This document shows positions 19,705 through 29,075 of a DNA stretch of 64,000 nucleotides, one piece after another. Position 1 is the stretch's first letter; each line of letters starts with the position of its first letter. The position numbers were made by a program, and so were the translations under genes. This stretch comes from Sporosarcina sp. (GTDB lineage Bacteria; Bacillota; Bacilli; Bacillales_A; Planococcaceae). Location: positions 24,266 through 88,265 of the forward strand of contig JAPFCR010000032.1 of assembly GCA_026169375.1 (NCBI GenBank). Direction: 5' to 3'. The notes beneath the pieces were generated by a model, which was given only the letters and a program-made list of their open reading frames with translations, had not been told where the DNA came from and made no database searches.

Positions 19705-20060
19705 TTCAAGTATTCCTCCCTTTCTCTAATTCATTTTTTCCTTTTGGTTTTTATTAAGCTATTCCACGCCTGTTTTCAGTAAGACAGGCGCGTGAATAAC
19801 TAAATAACAATCCACGACCCGGCACTGATTCAAAAACAATTGAGTATCTTTCTCCAAAATGCCATAACTTTTATTATACTCCATTAATTGCGTTGTTTCT
19901 TTGAATTTATCGACATTTTTGTGACTTGTTATGTTAATGATAATATTCTCTTTAGGACCAAATTCGATAATATTGTGAAGTTCACTTCAAAAATATTAAT
20001 TTATGCTATAGTATTTTAAGATATATTAAAATACACACAACAAGGAGAGATTAATTCATC

Positions 20061-20810
20061 ATGGCAGAAGCTGTTGAAACAATGGATGGTTGGTATGTAT
20101 TACACGATTTACGAAAAGTCGATTGGACGAAGTGGAATAAGGCATCTGTAGAAGAAAGAAATGCTGCATTAAAACAATTCAAAGAGCATTATCTTGCATG
20201 GGATGAAAACGAGAAAAAAGAGGAAGGATCCTTTGGTATCTTTCATATTGTTGGCCAAAAAGCCGATCTTATGTTTACACTTTTAAGACCGACATTAGAA
20301 GAAATTCTCGATGCAGAAACTGCATTAAATAAATCTGCTTTAGCAGAGTTTCTGATTCCTACTGACTCTTATATGTCTGTTGTCGAGTTGTCAAAATATC
20401 GTCCCGACCAAGACGGCATAGACCCAGAAACATTACCTGAAACTCAAAAAAGACTTAAACCAATACTTGAAAAATGGGAGTATGTCTCTTTTTATCCGAT
20501 GAGTCGAAAGCGCGAGGGCGAAGACAATTGGTATACATTAGAAAAGAGTAAACGTGGAAAATTATTATATGAACATAGCATTACTGGAAGAAAATATACC
20601 GGAGAAGTGAAGCAAATTATTACAGGGTCAACTGGTTTCGATGAGTGGGAATGGGGCGTTACATTATTTGCCCATGATTACTTACAGTTGAAGAAAATCG
20701 TTTATGAAATGCGCTATGATACGGCGACTGCACGATATGGCCTATTTGGTGACTTCTACACTGGAAAGACACTCACATTTGAAACACTCGAAGAAATGAT
20801 GCACGTCTAA
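20061..20810 (+). CDS. hemQ: Coproheme decarboxylase (ChdC/HemQ) homolog
   Basis: DGWYVLHD, SFYPM, DNWY, HSITGRKY, VKQIITGS and VYEMRYD motifs; RBS AAGGAG. Confidence 0.85.
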   Translation: MAEAVETMDGWYVLHDLRKVDWTKWNKASVEERNAALKQFKEHYLAWDENEKKEEGSFGIFHIVGQKADLMFTLLRPTLEEILDAETALNKSALAEFLIPTDSYMSVVELSKYRPDQDGIDPETLPETQKRLKPILEKWEYVSFYPMSRKREGEDNWYTLEKSKRGKLLYEHSITGRKYTGEVKQIITGSTGFDEWEWGVTLFAHDYLQLKKIVYEMRYDTATARYGLFGDFYTGKTLTFETLEEMMHV

Positions 20811-20812
20811 AT

Positions 20813-20856
20813 AAAAAAGCATCTTTTTGCCAATTAAAACAAAAAGATGCTTTTAT
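20813..20856. terminator. Bidirectional intrinsic terminator
   Basis: AAAAAAGCATCTTTT...AAAAGATGCTTTTT between hemQ and mnhG. Confidence 0.8.
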
Positions 20857-20885
20857 TTATTATTTAAAACTAATTATACAAAGAT

Positions 20886-21257
20886 TCAAGATTCATCCTC
20901 TTTCTTGTCTCCATGCAATACTTCATACAAATCATCTGTCCCTGAAATATCCGCTAACTCTACTTTCGAACGATAAGCTGCCCGTACGAGTAAATGTCCC
21001 GCAACAGGTGCTGTTAGAAAAACAAACACAATTCCTAGTAACAAACGAACACTAATGAAATTGTCCTTCGTCCAAAAGTAAACAAAAGCCCCGAGTAAGG
21101 TTAACAAAACAGCAAGCGTTGAACTTTTCGTCGCAGCATGTGACCTCGTGTACACATCTGGCAATCGAATGAGCCCAAAAACACTAATCACGCTCATAAT
21201 ACCGCCTGTTAAAATGAACAATGCACCTATAAATTCACCGATTGCGCTTACGTTCAA
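20886..21257 (-). CDS. mnhG: Na+/H+ antiporter subunit G
   Basis: RLPDVYTRSHAATK, LTAPV; operon position. Confidence 0.92.
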   Translation of the reverse strand: MNVSAIGEFIGALFILTGGIMSVISVFGLIRLPDVYTRSHAATKSSTLAVLLTLLGAFVYFWTKDNFISVRLLLGIVFVFLTAPVAGHLLVRAAYRSKVELADISGTDDLYEVLHGDKKEDES

Positions 21258-21519
21258 CGACAACCCCCCTCAAAATATACTTCGAATAAGCAATCGTTCC
21301 GATAAAAGATAAAATCCCCAAAATTAAAATCGCTTCTAAAAAAGCTCTCGTATTCATTAACACAGAAATCACGGCGATTGACGCAATTATATTAACCCCA
21401 ATGACATCGAGTGCTAATACACGGTCTGGCAGAGATGGCCCGAGAACAATTCGCAGAACAGCAATTAAAATCGCAATTGAAATTAAAATAATTGATGTCA
21501 CTAACATCGCTTTAATCAT
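21235..21519 (-). CDS. mnhF: Na+/H+ antiporter subunit F
   Basis: GPSLPDRVLALD motif. Confidence 0.92.
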   Translation of the reverse strand: MIKAMLVTSIILISIAILIAVLRIVLGPSLPDRVLALDVIGVNIIASIAVISVLMNTRAFLEAILILGILSFIGTIAYSKYILRGVVVERKRNR

Positions 21520-22001
21520 TATCGGGTCACCTCCATAATAGCTTTCTCAAAGTTTTTCAACTGACTTAATATCGCATCCCGTTCACTTTCAACATCCATC
21601 GCATGAACGAATAATACATTCCCTTCCGGCATCACTTCCATCACAACAGATCCTGGCGTTAATGTCAGTAGAAGAGAAATCGTTGTAATTTCGAGATCAC
21701 TTTCTAATACTGTTTCATATCTAAATATTCCTGGTTGTATTTTCAATTGTGGACTTAAAATTTGTCTTAAAACGAGAATACTTGACTGCACTAGCTCTGA
21801 AATGAAAATAAACAACAATTTAAAACAAGCAAATAGCCGACGTAAATAAAGTTGACTACCAAAAAAACGATGCATGAGGAAAATAATTCCTATCCCTACA
21901 AGGTAACCCGTTAAAAAAGTTGAAAAACGTACCTCCCCAGCATCTACGAGCAACATCCATAAAAATGCGATCATTACATTTAACAATAATTGAGCCCGCA
22001 C
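21519..22001 (-). CDS. mnhE: Na+/H+ antiporter subunit E
   Basis: ISLLLTLTPGS, LFVHAMD motifs. Confidence 0.92.
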   Translation of the reverse strand: MRAQLLLNVMIAFLWMLLVDAGEVRFSTFLTGYLVGIGIIFLMHRFFGSQLYLRRLFACFKLLFIFISELVQSSILVLRQILSPQLKIQPGIFRYETVLESDLEITTISLLLTLTPGSVVMEVMPEGNVLFVHAMDVESERDAILSQLKNFEKAIMEVTR

Positions 22002-22043
22002 AAATCGTTCACCTCAACTTTCTAGTAGAATTCAAAGGCTATT

Positions 22044-23528
22044 CTACTTTCCTTTCTCTAATACAGCATCGATATACACTTCTGGATTCATAAGTGTATA
22101 TGCAGCGTCTTCTACATAAACAAGAATTCCTTCAGCTCCTACACCAAGTGCAATCGTCATCATACCGAGAAGAACACATGGTAAAAGCAATCCTTTTCTC
22201 AGTGGAATTTCATCTTCTTCACTAATAATTGTTTCTCCCCAAAATGTATTCATAAAAATTCGTAGCAGCGAATACAAAACAAGGATGCCCGATAGAAAAG
22301 CAAGTGCAAGTAAAATGTACGAACCTGCTTCAACCGCGCCTTGACCGATATATAACTTACCTAAGAATCCACTCAATGGAGGAATTCCTGCAAGTGCTAG
22401 CATTGTTAAAAAGAACAGCCATCCGAGCAGTGGATAATTTCGAATGAGCCCACTCATCTCTTCTATACTCGTTTTACCTGTTAAGTAAATCATCGTACCA
22501 GCAAGTAAAAATAACGAAGCTTTAATGATGATGTCATGAACGAGGTAAAACACAGAACCTTGAATACCAATACTTGTTGAAACAGCAAGTCCCACTAAAA
22601 TAAAGCCAATTGTAATGACAACATTATAGGAAACAATTTGACGGATATCTTGATAGGCAATCGCTCCAATACTACCGCCGACTAATGTAATTGCTGCCAT
22701 CACACCAATTAACGTATGTGTAATTGACGGCTCGTGGTAGAAAATAAGCGTAAAAGTACGGAACAATGCGTAAATCCCTACTTTTGTTAGTAAAGCTCCG
22801 AATAATGCTGCTATCGCTGTTGGTGGTGCGCTATATGAGCCTGGCAACCAAAAGTATAGGAGCAATCCAGACTTTAAACTAAAAACAATTAAAAAGATAA
22901 TACTAATAATCGTCAGGAGAGGTCCTTGTCCAACTTCCGCAATACGCGCTGATAAATGTGCCATGTTGAGCGTTCCAACTGTTCCGTACAAATAGGCAAT
23001 GCCTAATAAGAAAAACCAAGAAGACAGTACATTTATCGCCACATATTTAATCGATTCCATTAATTGAACTTTCTTCCCACCGAGTGTAATTAGCACATAA
23101 GAAGCAAGAAGCATGACTTCGAAAAAGACGAATAGGTTGAAAAGATCTCCTGTTAAAAACGAACCATTCACCCCTGCAATCAATAAAAGAACAAAAGGAT
23201 AAAAGAACATATTTTCATATCTTCTACCAATCGAAGAAAACGCATAGATTAAAATAATCGATGAAACAATCGCTGTCGTCAAAACGAGTAAGACCGAAAA
23301 GGAGTCAGCGACAAACAAAATCCCATAAGGCGGTTTCCAACCACCAAAGTCTAAACGTAAAACACCGTTCATTTGAATGCTATTTAATATATATATACTC
23401 ACAATCGCCGTAGCAACTAATGCGATTAAACTTAAAACACGTTGCACCTTGATAAAAGGGCGTAAAAAAACGAGTATAATGCTCACCAACAAAGGAATTA
23501 CGACAGGCATTGCAATGATATTATTCAT
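22044..23528 (-). CDS. mnhD: Na+/H+ antiporter subunit D
   Basis: GDLFNLFVFFEVML, FWLPGSY, LTKVG, GIPPLSGF. Confidence 0.95.
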   Translation of the reverse strand: MNNIIAMPVVIPLLVSIILVFLRPFIKVQRVLSLIALVATAIVSIYILNSIQMNGVLRLDFGGWKPPYGILFVADSFSVLLVLTTAIVSSIILIYAFSSIGRRYENMFFYPFVLLLIAGVNGSFLTGDLFNLFVFFEVMLLASYVLITLGGKKVQLMESIKYVAINVLSSWFFLLGIAYLYGTVGTLNMAHLSARIAEVGQGPLLTIISIIFLIVFSLKSGLLLYFWLPGSYSAPPTAIAALFGALLTKVGIYALFRTFTLIFYHEPSITHTLIGVMAAITLVGGSIGAIAYQDIRQIVSYNVVITIGFILVGLAVSTSIGIQGSVFYLVHDIIIKASLFLLAGTMIYLTGKTSIEEMSGLIRNYPLLGWLFFLTMLALAGIPPLSGFLGKLYIGQGAVEAGSYILLALAFLSGILVLYSLLRIFMNTFWGETIISEEDEIPLRKGLLLPCVLLGMMTIALGVGAEGILVYVEDAAYTLMNPEVYIDAVLEKGK

Positions 23529-23859
23529 TTTTAAACCCTCGCAATTCCTGAAGGTCGTCTGAACCTGCTTCTTGATAAGTACGATACGCCAGCACTAATA
23601 AGAATGCTGTCACTGCAAAGCTGATGACGATTGCCGTTAAAATGAGTGCTTGAGGTAAAGCGTCTGCAAAGTTCTCAGTTTCTTCTCCTATAAGTGGAAC
23701 GCCACCTTTTTTCAAACCACCCATCACCATCAACAACAGATGGATCGCATGAGAAAGCACAGCAGACCCTAAAATGATTCGAATGACACTACGGGATAGC
23801 AGCAAATAAACGGCAACCGCTACAAGTACGCCGACAAGTATCGTTATTAACGTTTCCAT
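23521..23859 (-). CDS. mnhC: Na+/H+ antiporter subunit C
   Basis: DALPQALILTAIVI motif. Confidence 0.95.
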   Translation of the reverse strand: METLITILVGVLVAVAVYLLLSRSVIRIILGSAVLSHAIHLLLMVMGGLKKGGVPLIGEETENFADALPQALILTAIVISFAVTAFLLVLAYRTYQEAGSDDLQELRGFKNE

Positions 23860-23861
23860 GG

Positions 23862-24284
23862 CTACACATCCTCACTAATACTTAAAATAATTGTTACAAC
23901 CGTACCGACAACTGTCAACGCTACACCTAATTCAAATAACAACACAGTTGCAAGCTCGGTTTCACCGTAAACTGGCAAATTCACTGTAAGAAATGTTTGT
24001 GTTAAAAATGCACTTCCAAATAATACAGCGAATACACCGGTACCAACTGCAAACAAAACGCCCGTTGCAGCTACCTTTTTAAAATCAACAGGTATGCCTT
24101 GTTGCACTGTTTCAATATCGTGAACAAGAAATAATAAGACAAATGCCGAAGAAAGAACGAGTCCTCCGATAAAGCCGCCTCCTGGACTATTATGTCCTGC
24201 GAAAAACAACTCAACGCCAAACGTCAATATAATAAATACAACGACTTTCGTAATCGTTTGTAAAATGACATCATTAATCTTCAA
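23862..24284 (-). CDS. mnhB: Na+/H+ antiporter subunit B
   Basis: GHNSPGGGFIGG motif. Confidence 0.95.
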   Translation of the reverse strand: MKINDVILQTITKVVVFIILTFGVELFFAGHNSPGGGFIGGLVLSSAFVLLFLVHDIETVQQGIPVDFKKVAATGVLFAVGTGVFAVLFGSAFLTQTFLTVNLPVYGETELATVLLFELGVALTVVGTVVTIILSISEDV

Positions 24285-26679
24285 GGTCTCGTTCCTCCTT
24301 TCTTGGCTTCAACTTGACTAATGTATAAACACCAAGCCCCGCAATAAACAAAACGACAACTTCAAGCATCGTATCAAATGCACGGAAGTCTCCTAATATT
24401 GTATTTACAATATTTTTACCCCCCGTTAATTCGTATGCATTCTCAAAGTACGACGCAATCGAGTCAAACATTTTATTGCCTTGAACCGCGAGTCCAAGAA
24501 CCGTTACAATCACACCTGCGGAAATCGCAATGATTCCATTCACTACTTTTGATGAACGTGCAGGTTTTTCTTTTTTCATCTCTGGCAAGAAATAAAAACA
24601 AAGTAAAAATAAAGCAGTCGTAACAGTTTCAATGACAATTTGTGTCAATGCTAAATCAGGTGCACGGAAGATTACGAAAAACAATGCAATCGAATACCCT
24701 AACACACCATTTAATAAAATCACTGTTACACGTGAGCTGATAAAAATCATTAAAATCCCTGTAATCATCATGACGGAAACGAGTATATACTCATTCGCTT
24801 CAATAGGTGAATCATTAGAAAAATCGAATGACACACCGCCAACCAAAGTCATTGTACCGGCAACTGCTAGTAAGAAAAAGCCGAAAATATAGATAAGGTA
24901 ATGACGTAAATAACCTGTCATATAGCGATTCGTCAGTAAAGTTGAACCCTTCTCTAGCATCGTCAAAGAACCGTTATAAACACTATCCAAACTCCAACGA
25001 AGTGGTTCGACTTTATACATCGAGCGCCAATATTTAAAGGAGACGTATAATAAAATCCCAACAACAATGACACCTACTGTCATCCATAAGGCTATATTCG
25101 GACCGTGCCAAGCTTCAATTTTAGGCATCGCCTCCCCAATACCCGATAATGAAGGATAGACAGCAGCCATCGCAGGACGGAGTAAATAATCATTCACTAC
25201 ATTCGGGAAAAAGAAAATTGCTACAACAAGGAGTCCCAAAATCGAAGGTGCCACTAACATTCCTGCTGGTGCTTCGTGTGCTTTTCTATCTAAGCGTTCA
25301 GGTTGATGAGGACCGAAGAAAGTTTGGAAAACGATAATCATACTGTATACAAAGGTAAACACACTTCCGATCCATGCAAGTACAGGGAAAAGTGTCCCCC
25401 AACTTCCAATGGAGAAGAATTCTAACTGACGTACAGCAATCATTGATTCAAAAAACATTTCTTTACTTAAGAAACCGTTAAATGGCGGCAATCCTGCCAT
25501 TGAAAAGCTACCAATTAAAGCAATTGTAAACGTCACGGGCATAAACGCCATTAACCCACCAAGTCGACGAACATCCCTCGTTCCTACATTCAAATCGACG
25601 ATGCCCACAACCATAAATAGTGCACCTTTAAAAGTAGAGTGATTCAGTAAATGAAACAACGCAGCAAAGGTTGCCTGAGCATACACTACTGAACTTCCAC
25701 TGTACCCTTCATAAAGCGCTGCTGAACCTAAACCAAATAAGCTCATGACGAGACCGAGTTGACTAATTGTCGAATAGGCAAGTAACGCCTTTAAATCTGT
25801 TTGTCTAACAGCGTTAAACGAACCCCAAAACAATGTAAAAATCCCTACACTACTCACAACATAAAACCAGACCGCATCTCCACCAAAAACACCTGTAAAA
25901 CGAGCAACTAAGTAAATACCCGCTTTTACCATCGTCGCAGAGTGTAAATAAGCACTAACAGGTGTCGGTGCTTCCATTGCATCCGGTAACCAAATATGGA
26001 AGGGAAATTGTGCCGACTTTGTAAACGCACCGAGCAACACAAGAATCATCGCTGGAATAAACAAAACATGATCTGTTATCTGAGAAACAGCTGCAATATT
26101 TTCACGTATGCTAAAAGAACCTGTCATCGCATACAACATAATAAATCCAGCCAACATTGCGATTCCGCCAGAAACCGTAATTAACATCGACTTCTGCGCT
26201 CCGTAACGTGATTGCTTTCGGTGATACCAAAAGGCAATTAATAAAAACGATGAAATACTCGTTAATTCCCAAAACACATATAAAACCATCATATTATCTG
26301 AAAACACTACGCCGAGCATTGCACCCATAAACAGTAATAAATAAACATAAAAGTGACCTAATGACTCACGGCTAGATAAATAGTAAATGGAATATAAAAT
26401 GACTAAACTACCAACTCCGGTAATTAACAGCCCGAAAATTAAACTAAGCCCATCTAAATAAGTTGTAAAATGGATATCGGCTGACGGGATCCATTGAAAC
26501 GTGTGGCTAATGGTGTCCCCCTTCGCAACAGCCGGAATTAAACGCGCAAGTCCGATAAATAAAAGGAGCGGAAAAATAAGAACGAACCAACCTATGGCAC
26601 GCGGTTTCCATTTATAAATAAACGGCACGAATATCGCAGCTAAAAAAGGAATAAAAATCGCCATTGTAATTGTGAACAA
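24274..26679 (-). CDS. mnhA: Na+/H+ antiporter subunit A
   Basis: FWELTSISS, TKSAQFPFHIWLPDAMEAPTPVSAYLHSATMVKAG, DFRAFDT; likely TTG start behind GGAGG (track start 26697). Confidence 0.95.
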   Translation of the reverse strand: MFTITMAIFIPFLAAIFVPFIYKWKPRAIGWFVLIFPLLLFIGLARLIPAVAKGDTISHTFQWIPSADIHFTTYLDGLSLIFGLLITGVGSLVILYSIYYLSSRESLGHFYVYLLLFMGAMLGVVFSDNMMVLYVFWELTSISSFLLIAFWYHRKQSRYGAQKSMLITVSGGIAMLAGFIMLYAMTGSFSIRENIAAVSQITDHVLFIPAMILVLLGAFTKSAQFPFHIWLPDAMEAPTPVSAYLHSATMVKAGIYLVARFTGVFGGDAVWFYVVSSVGIFTLFWGSFNAVRQTDLKALLAYSTISQLGLVMSLFGLGSAALYEGYSGSSVVYAQATFAALFHLLNHSTFKGALFMVVGIVDLNVGTRDVRRLGGLMAFMPVTFTIALIGSFSMAGLPPFNGFLSKEMFFESMIAVRQLEFFSIGSWGTLFPVLAWIGSVFTFVYSMIIVFQTFFGPHQPERLDRKAHEAPAGMLVAPSILGLLVVAIFFFPNVVNDYLLRPAMAAVYPSLSGIGEAMPKIEAWHGPNIALWMTVGVIVVGILLYVSFKYWRSMYKVEPLRWSLDSVYNGSLTMLEKGSTLLTNRYMTGYLRHYLIYIFGFFLLAVAGTMTLVGGVSFDFSNDSPIEANEYILVSVMMITGILMIFISSRVTVILLNGVLGYSIALFFVIFRAPDLALTQIVIETVTTALFLLCFYFLPEMKKEKPARSSKVVNGIIAISAGVIVTVLGLAVQGNKMFDSIASYFENAYELTGGKNIVNTILGDFRAFDTMLEVVVLFIAGLGVYTLVKLKPRKEERDLED

Positions 26680-26704
26680 ATGCATGCCTCCAATCAAAAG
26701 AAAG

Positions 26705-26841
26705 TAAAATGAAACTTCAATCAGTGAAAAACTTCCACTGATGAAAGGGAATACAAGCTTAGAGCGTCACGTCCTGTGACAACGCTTGTATAACCAACCT
26801 CATGTTGGCCAGAGCCAATCTGGCTTTAATGCGGGATGAAA
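26705..26841 (+). repeat. bcr1-like interspersed repeat, copy A (internally deleted)
   Basis: Begins (T)GAAACTTCAATCAGTG...CACTGAT and ends TTAATGCGGGAT(G)AAA; shares internal module with copies B and C. Confidence 0.85.
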
Positions 26842-27254
26842 AATAATTATCGTCTCTCTAAAATCTCAAACGACCATCATATGTATCATAAATATCTGTA
26901 TATTGAGTTTGAGTGAAAACTTGACTCAAGCTGTGATAAACGGCATAATAAGAGGTCATATAAGACTTTTTCAACATAGGAAAAGTAAATCGCATCATGA
27001 AGGAAAGAGGACTTGTGTTTCTTACAATGGAAATTATACACTAAAATACCTTTCATCGCACTTCATAGCATTTCAAACACTAACTTAAGACGAATTAAAG
27101 TTGCAAAATTACAACAAAATCAATCCTTCATGTAGTAATATTTTTTCATGTTGCATCACTTAAAGACCTTGTATTCTCACTAGATATCCGCTATACTAGT
27201 TAAGTTTTCAATCATCCTAAGTTATGTATCAAATAAAACTATAAAAATTCAGAG

Positions 27255-27944
27255 GTGAATACCACAATGGGCACGGCAAAAAGTCGTATGGACGAGAGCA
27301 TTCTCGTTTGTGTTTACTATGGTCCAAATGGTGAACGTCTCATTAGACGGGGACATAAAATGGCAACAATCATGGACTGTCCACTATATATTTTAACAGT
27401 CGATCCTTTGCCTTTCGATGAGTTTGACGCAGAAAAATCTGCATATGTAGAAAGATGGCAAGAGCTTGCTGAAGAATTTGACGTAGATGAATTCATCGTG
27501 CTTGATAATGAAAAGCGTCCTTCTGCAAAGGTCATTAAACAAGTTGCACATGAACATAATATTACGCAAATTATTATCGGTCAAACTGCACAAAGTAGAT
27601 GGGAAGAAATCACAAAAGGCTCTTTCATGAACGTCTTACTTCGTGAAATTTCATTTGTTGACTTTCATGTTGTGTCGGTTGATCGTTCAGTAAAAGATGA
27701 AAATGAAGACCTTTACGAAAAAGGTGTACGTGCTTATTTAGTGAAAGAAAATAGCGATTTCTATGTAAAGTTTACCTTAACAAAAAACGTAGAATATGAA
27801 GGTATCTTCTTTAAAGAAATTGGTACAGACTTTAACAACGGTATTTTCAAGTTTTTCTGTGGTCATAAAATGTGTCAAGTCCACATCGCAGATGATATCG
27901 TTGCAGATCCAATCCAATTTAAAAAACAATTTAAAAACAATTAA
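27255..27944 (+). CDS. Stand-alone KdpD-like universal-stress-domain protein
   Basis: ESILVCVYYGPNGERLIRRG, ITQIIIGQTAQSRWEE resemble the KdpD USP domain; no kinase domain. Confidence 0.7.
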   Translation: MNTTMGTAKSRMDESILVCVYYGPNGERLIRRGHKMATIMDCPLYILTVDPLPFDEFDAEKSAYVERWQELAEEFDVDEFIVLDNEKRPSAKVIKQVAHEHNITQIIIGQTAQSRWEEITKGSFMNVLLREISFVDFHVVSVDRSVKDENEDLYEKGVRAYLVKENSDFYVKFTLTKNVEYEGIFFKEIGTDFNNGIFKFFCGHKMCQVHIADDIVADPIQFKKQFKNN

Positions 27945-27955
27945 AAATATTTTTT

Positions 27956-27993
27956 TAAAAAGCAGCTTTCCATTAAAAAGGAAGCTGCTTTTT
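27956..27993. terminator. Bidirectional intrinsic terminator
   Basis: AAAAAGCAGCTTTCC...GGAAGCTGCTTTTT. Confidence 0.85.
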
Positions 27994-28002
27994 CGTATAC
28001 AT

Positions 28003-28923
28003 TTACTCGTTCTCTTCTCCGACAATCCTCACTTCAAGCTCCAGTTCAACATCGAATGTCTTTTTTACTTCTGCTTTAACCATTTCAATTGTCTGAATGT
28101 AGTCTGAAGCAGTTGCATTCTGTTTATTAATAATAAAACCGGCATGTTTTGTCGAGACTTCCGCACCGCCGTGTCCCTTTCCTTGCATCCCGCAATCTTG
28201 GATCAACTTCCCCGCAAAATAACCTGGTGGCCTTTTAAAAACACTGCCTGCTGACGGGTATTCTAAGGGTTGCTTAGACTCTCTCTGAAATGTTAAATCT
28301 GCAACTTTCGCATTGATCTCTTCCTGATCTCCTTCGTCAAGTTCAAAATCAGCGGATAATACATAATACCCTTCTTTACCGATAATACTTTGACGATAAC
28401 CCAGTTCTAATTCATCCTTTGATAAGACAAGAACTTCTCCAGACTTTGTTAAAACAGTCGCTTGCTTAATGATGTCTTTTACTTCGCCGCCGTACGCGCC
28501 CGCATTCATCATCATTGCCCCGCCAATAGAACCCGGAATCCCACAGGCAAATTCAAAACCCGCTAAAGCGTGCGCTGCTGCCCGTCTAGAAGCATCGATA
28601 ATGTTCGCACCACTTTCCGCATGAATGGACGTACCATCCACTACAATTTTATTTAACTGTTTCAAATGAAGAACAATCCCGCGAACCCCGCCGTCTCGAA
28701 CGACCATATTGGAACCATTCCCAAGGAGAAGTAAAGGAACATTTTGTTCATATGCATAGCGAACTGTCGCTATTGTCTCTTCTATTGTTGCTGGCATCAC
28801 GAAAAGGTCTGCCGCTCCTCCTAATTTTGTTGCTGTATACTTACATAACGGTTCATCTATTTTTAAAATACCTTCTGTAATTGTTGTTTGTAGTTGTTGA
28901 AACCATTGATGTTTTGACATCAA
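28003..28923 (-). CDS. murB: UDP-N-acetylenolpyruvoylglucosamine reductase
   Basis: GNGSN, GIPGSIGG, NAGAYG, QPLEYPSAGSVFKRP, HAGF. Confidence 0.97.
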   Translation of the reverse strand: MMSKHQWFQQLQTTITEGILKIDEPLCKYTATKLGGAADLFVMPATIEETIATVRYAYEQNVPLLLLGNGSNMVVRDGGVRGIVLHLKQLNKIVVDGTSIHAESGANIIDASRRAAAHALAGFEFACGIPGSIGGAMMMNAGAYGGEVKDIIKQATVLTKSGEVLVLSKDELELGYRQSIIGKEGYYVLSADFELDEGDQEEINAKVADLTFQRESKQPLEYPSAGSVFKRPPGYFAGKLIQDCGMQGKGHGGAEVSTKHAGFIINKQNATASDYIQTIEMVKAEVKKTFDVELELEVRIVGEENE

Positions 28924-29075
28924 GATCCTATCCTTTCAATAAAGTCTATTTCATTTCAAAAAAATCAACTTCTTCCTTTTATAGTATGCGTTGAAATGTC
29001 TTTTTTGACAAGGAATGATATCCAATTGAATTAAAGTTTATATTTTCAGAGTGAATTTCTTCATTACTTCAGTTA

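Noticed and set aside
19932-19951. Fur box in the chdC intergenic region (GTTAATGATAATATTCTC)
   Set aside because: Only the left part matches (about 12/19) unless a gap is allowed; much weaker than the site at 47237.
26903-27088. 61-aa intergenic ORF between mnhA and the USP-domain gene
   Set aside because: TTG start without RBS, no motif, lies in a divergent promoter region.
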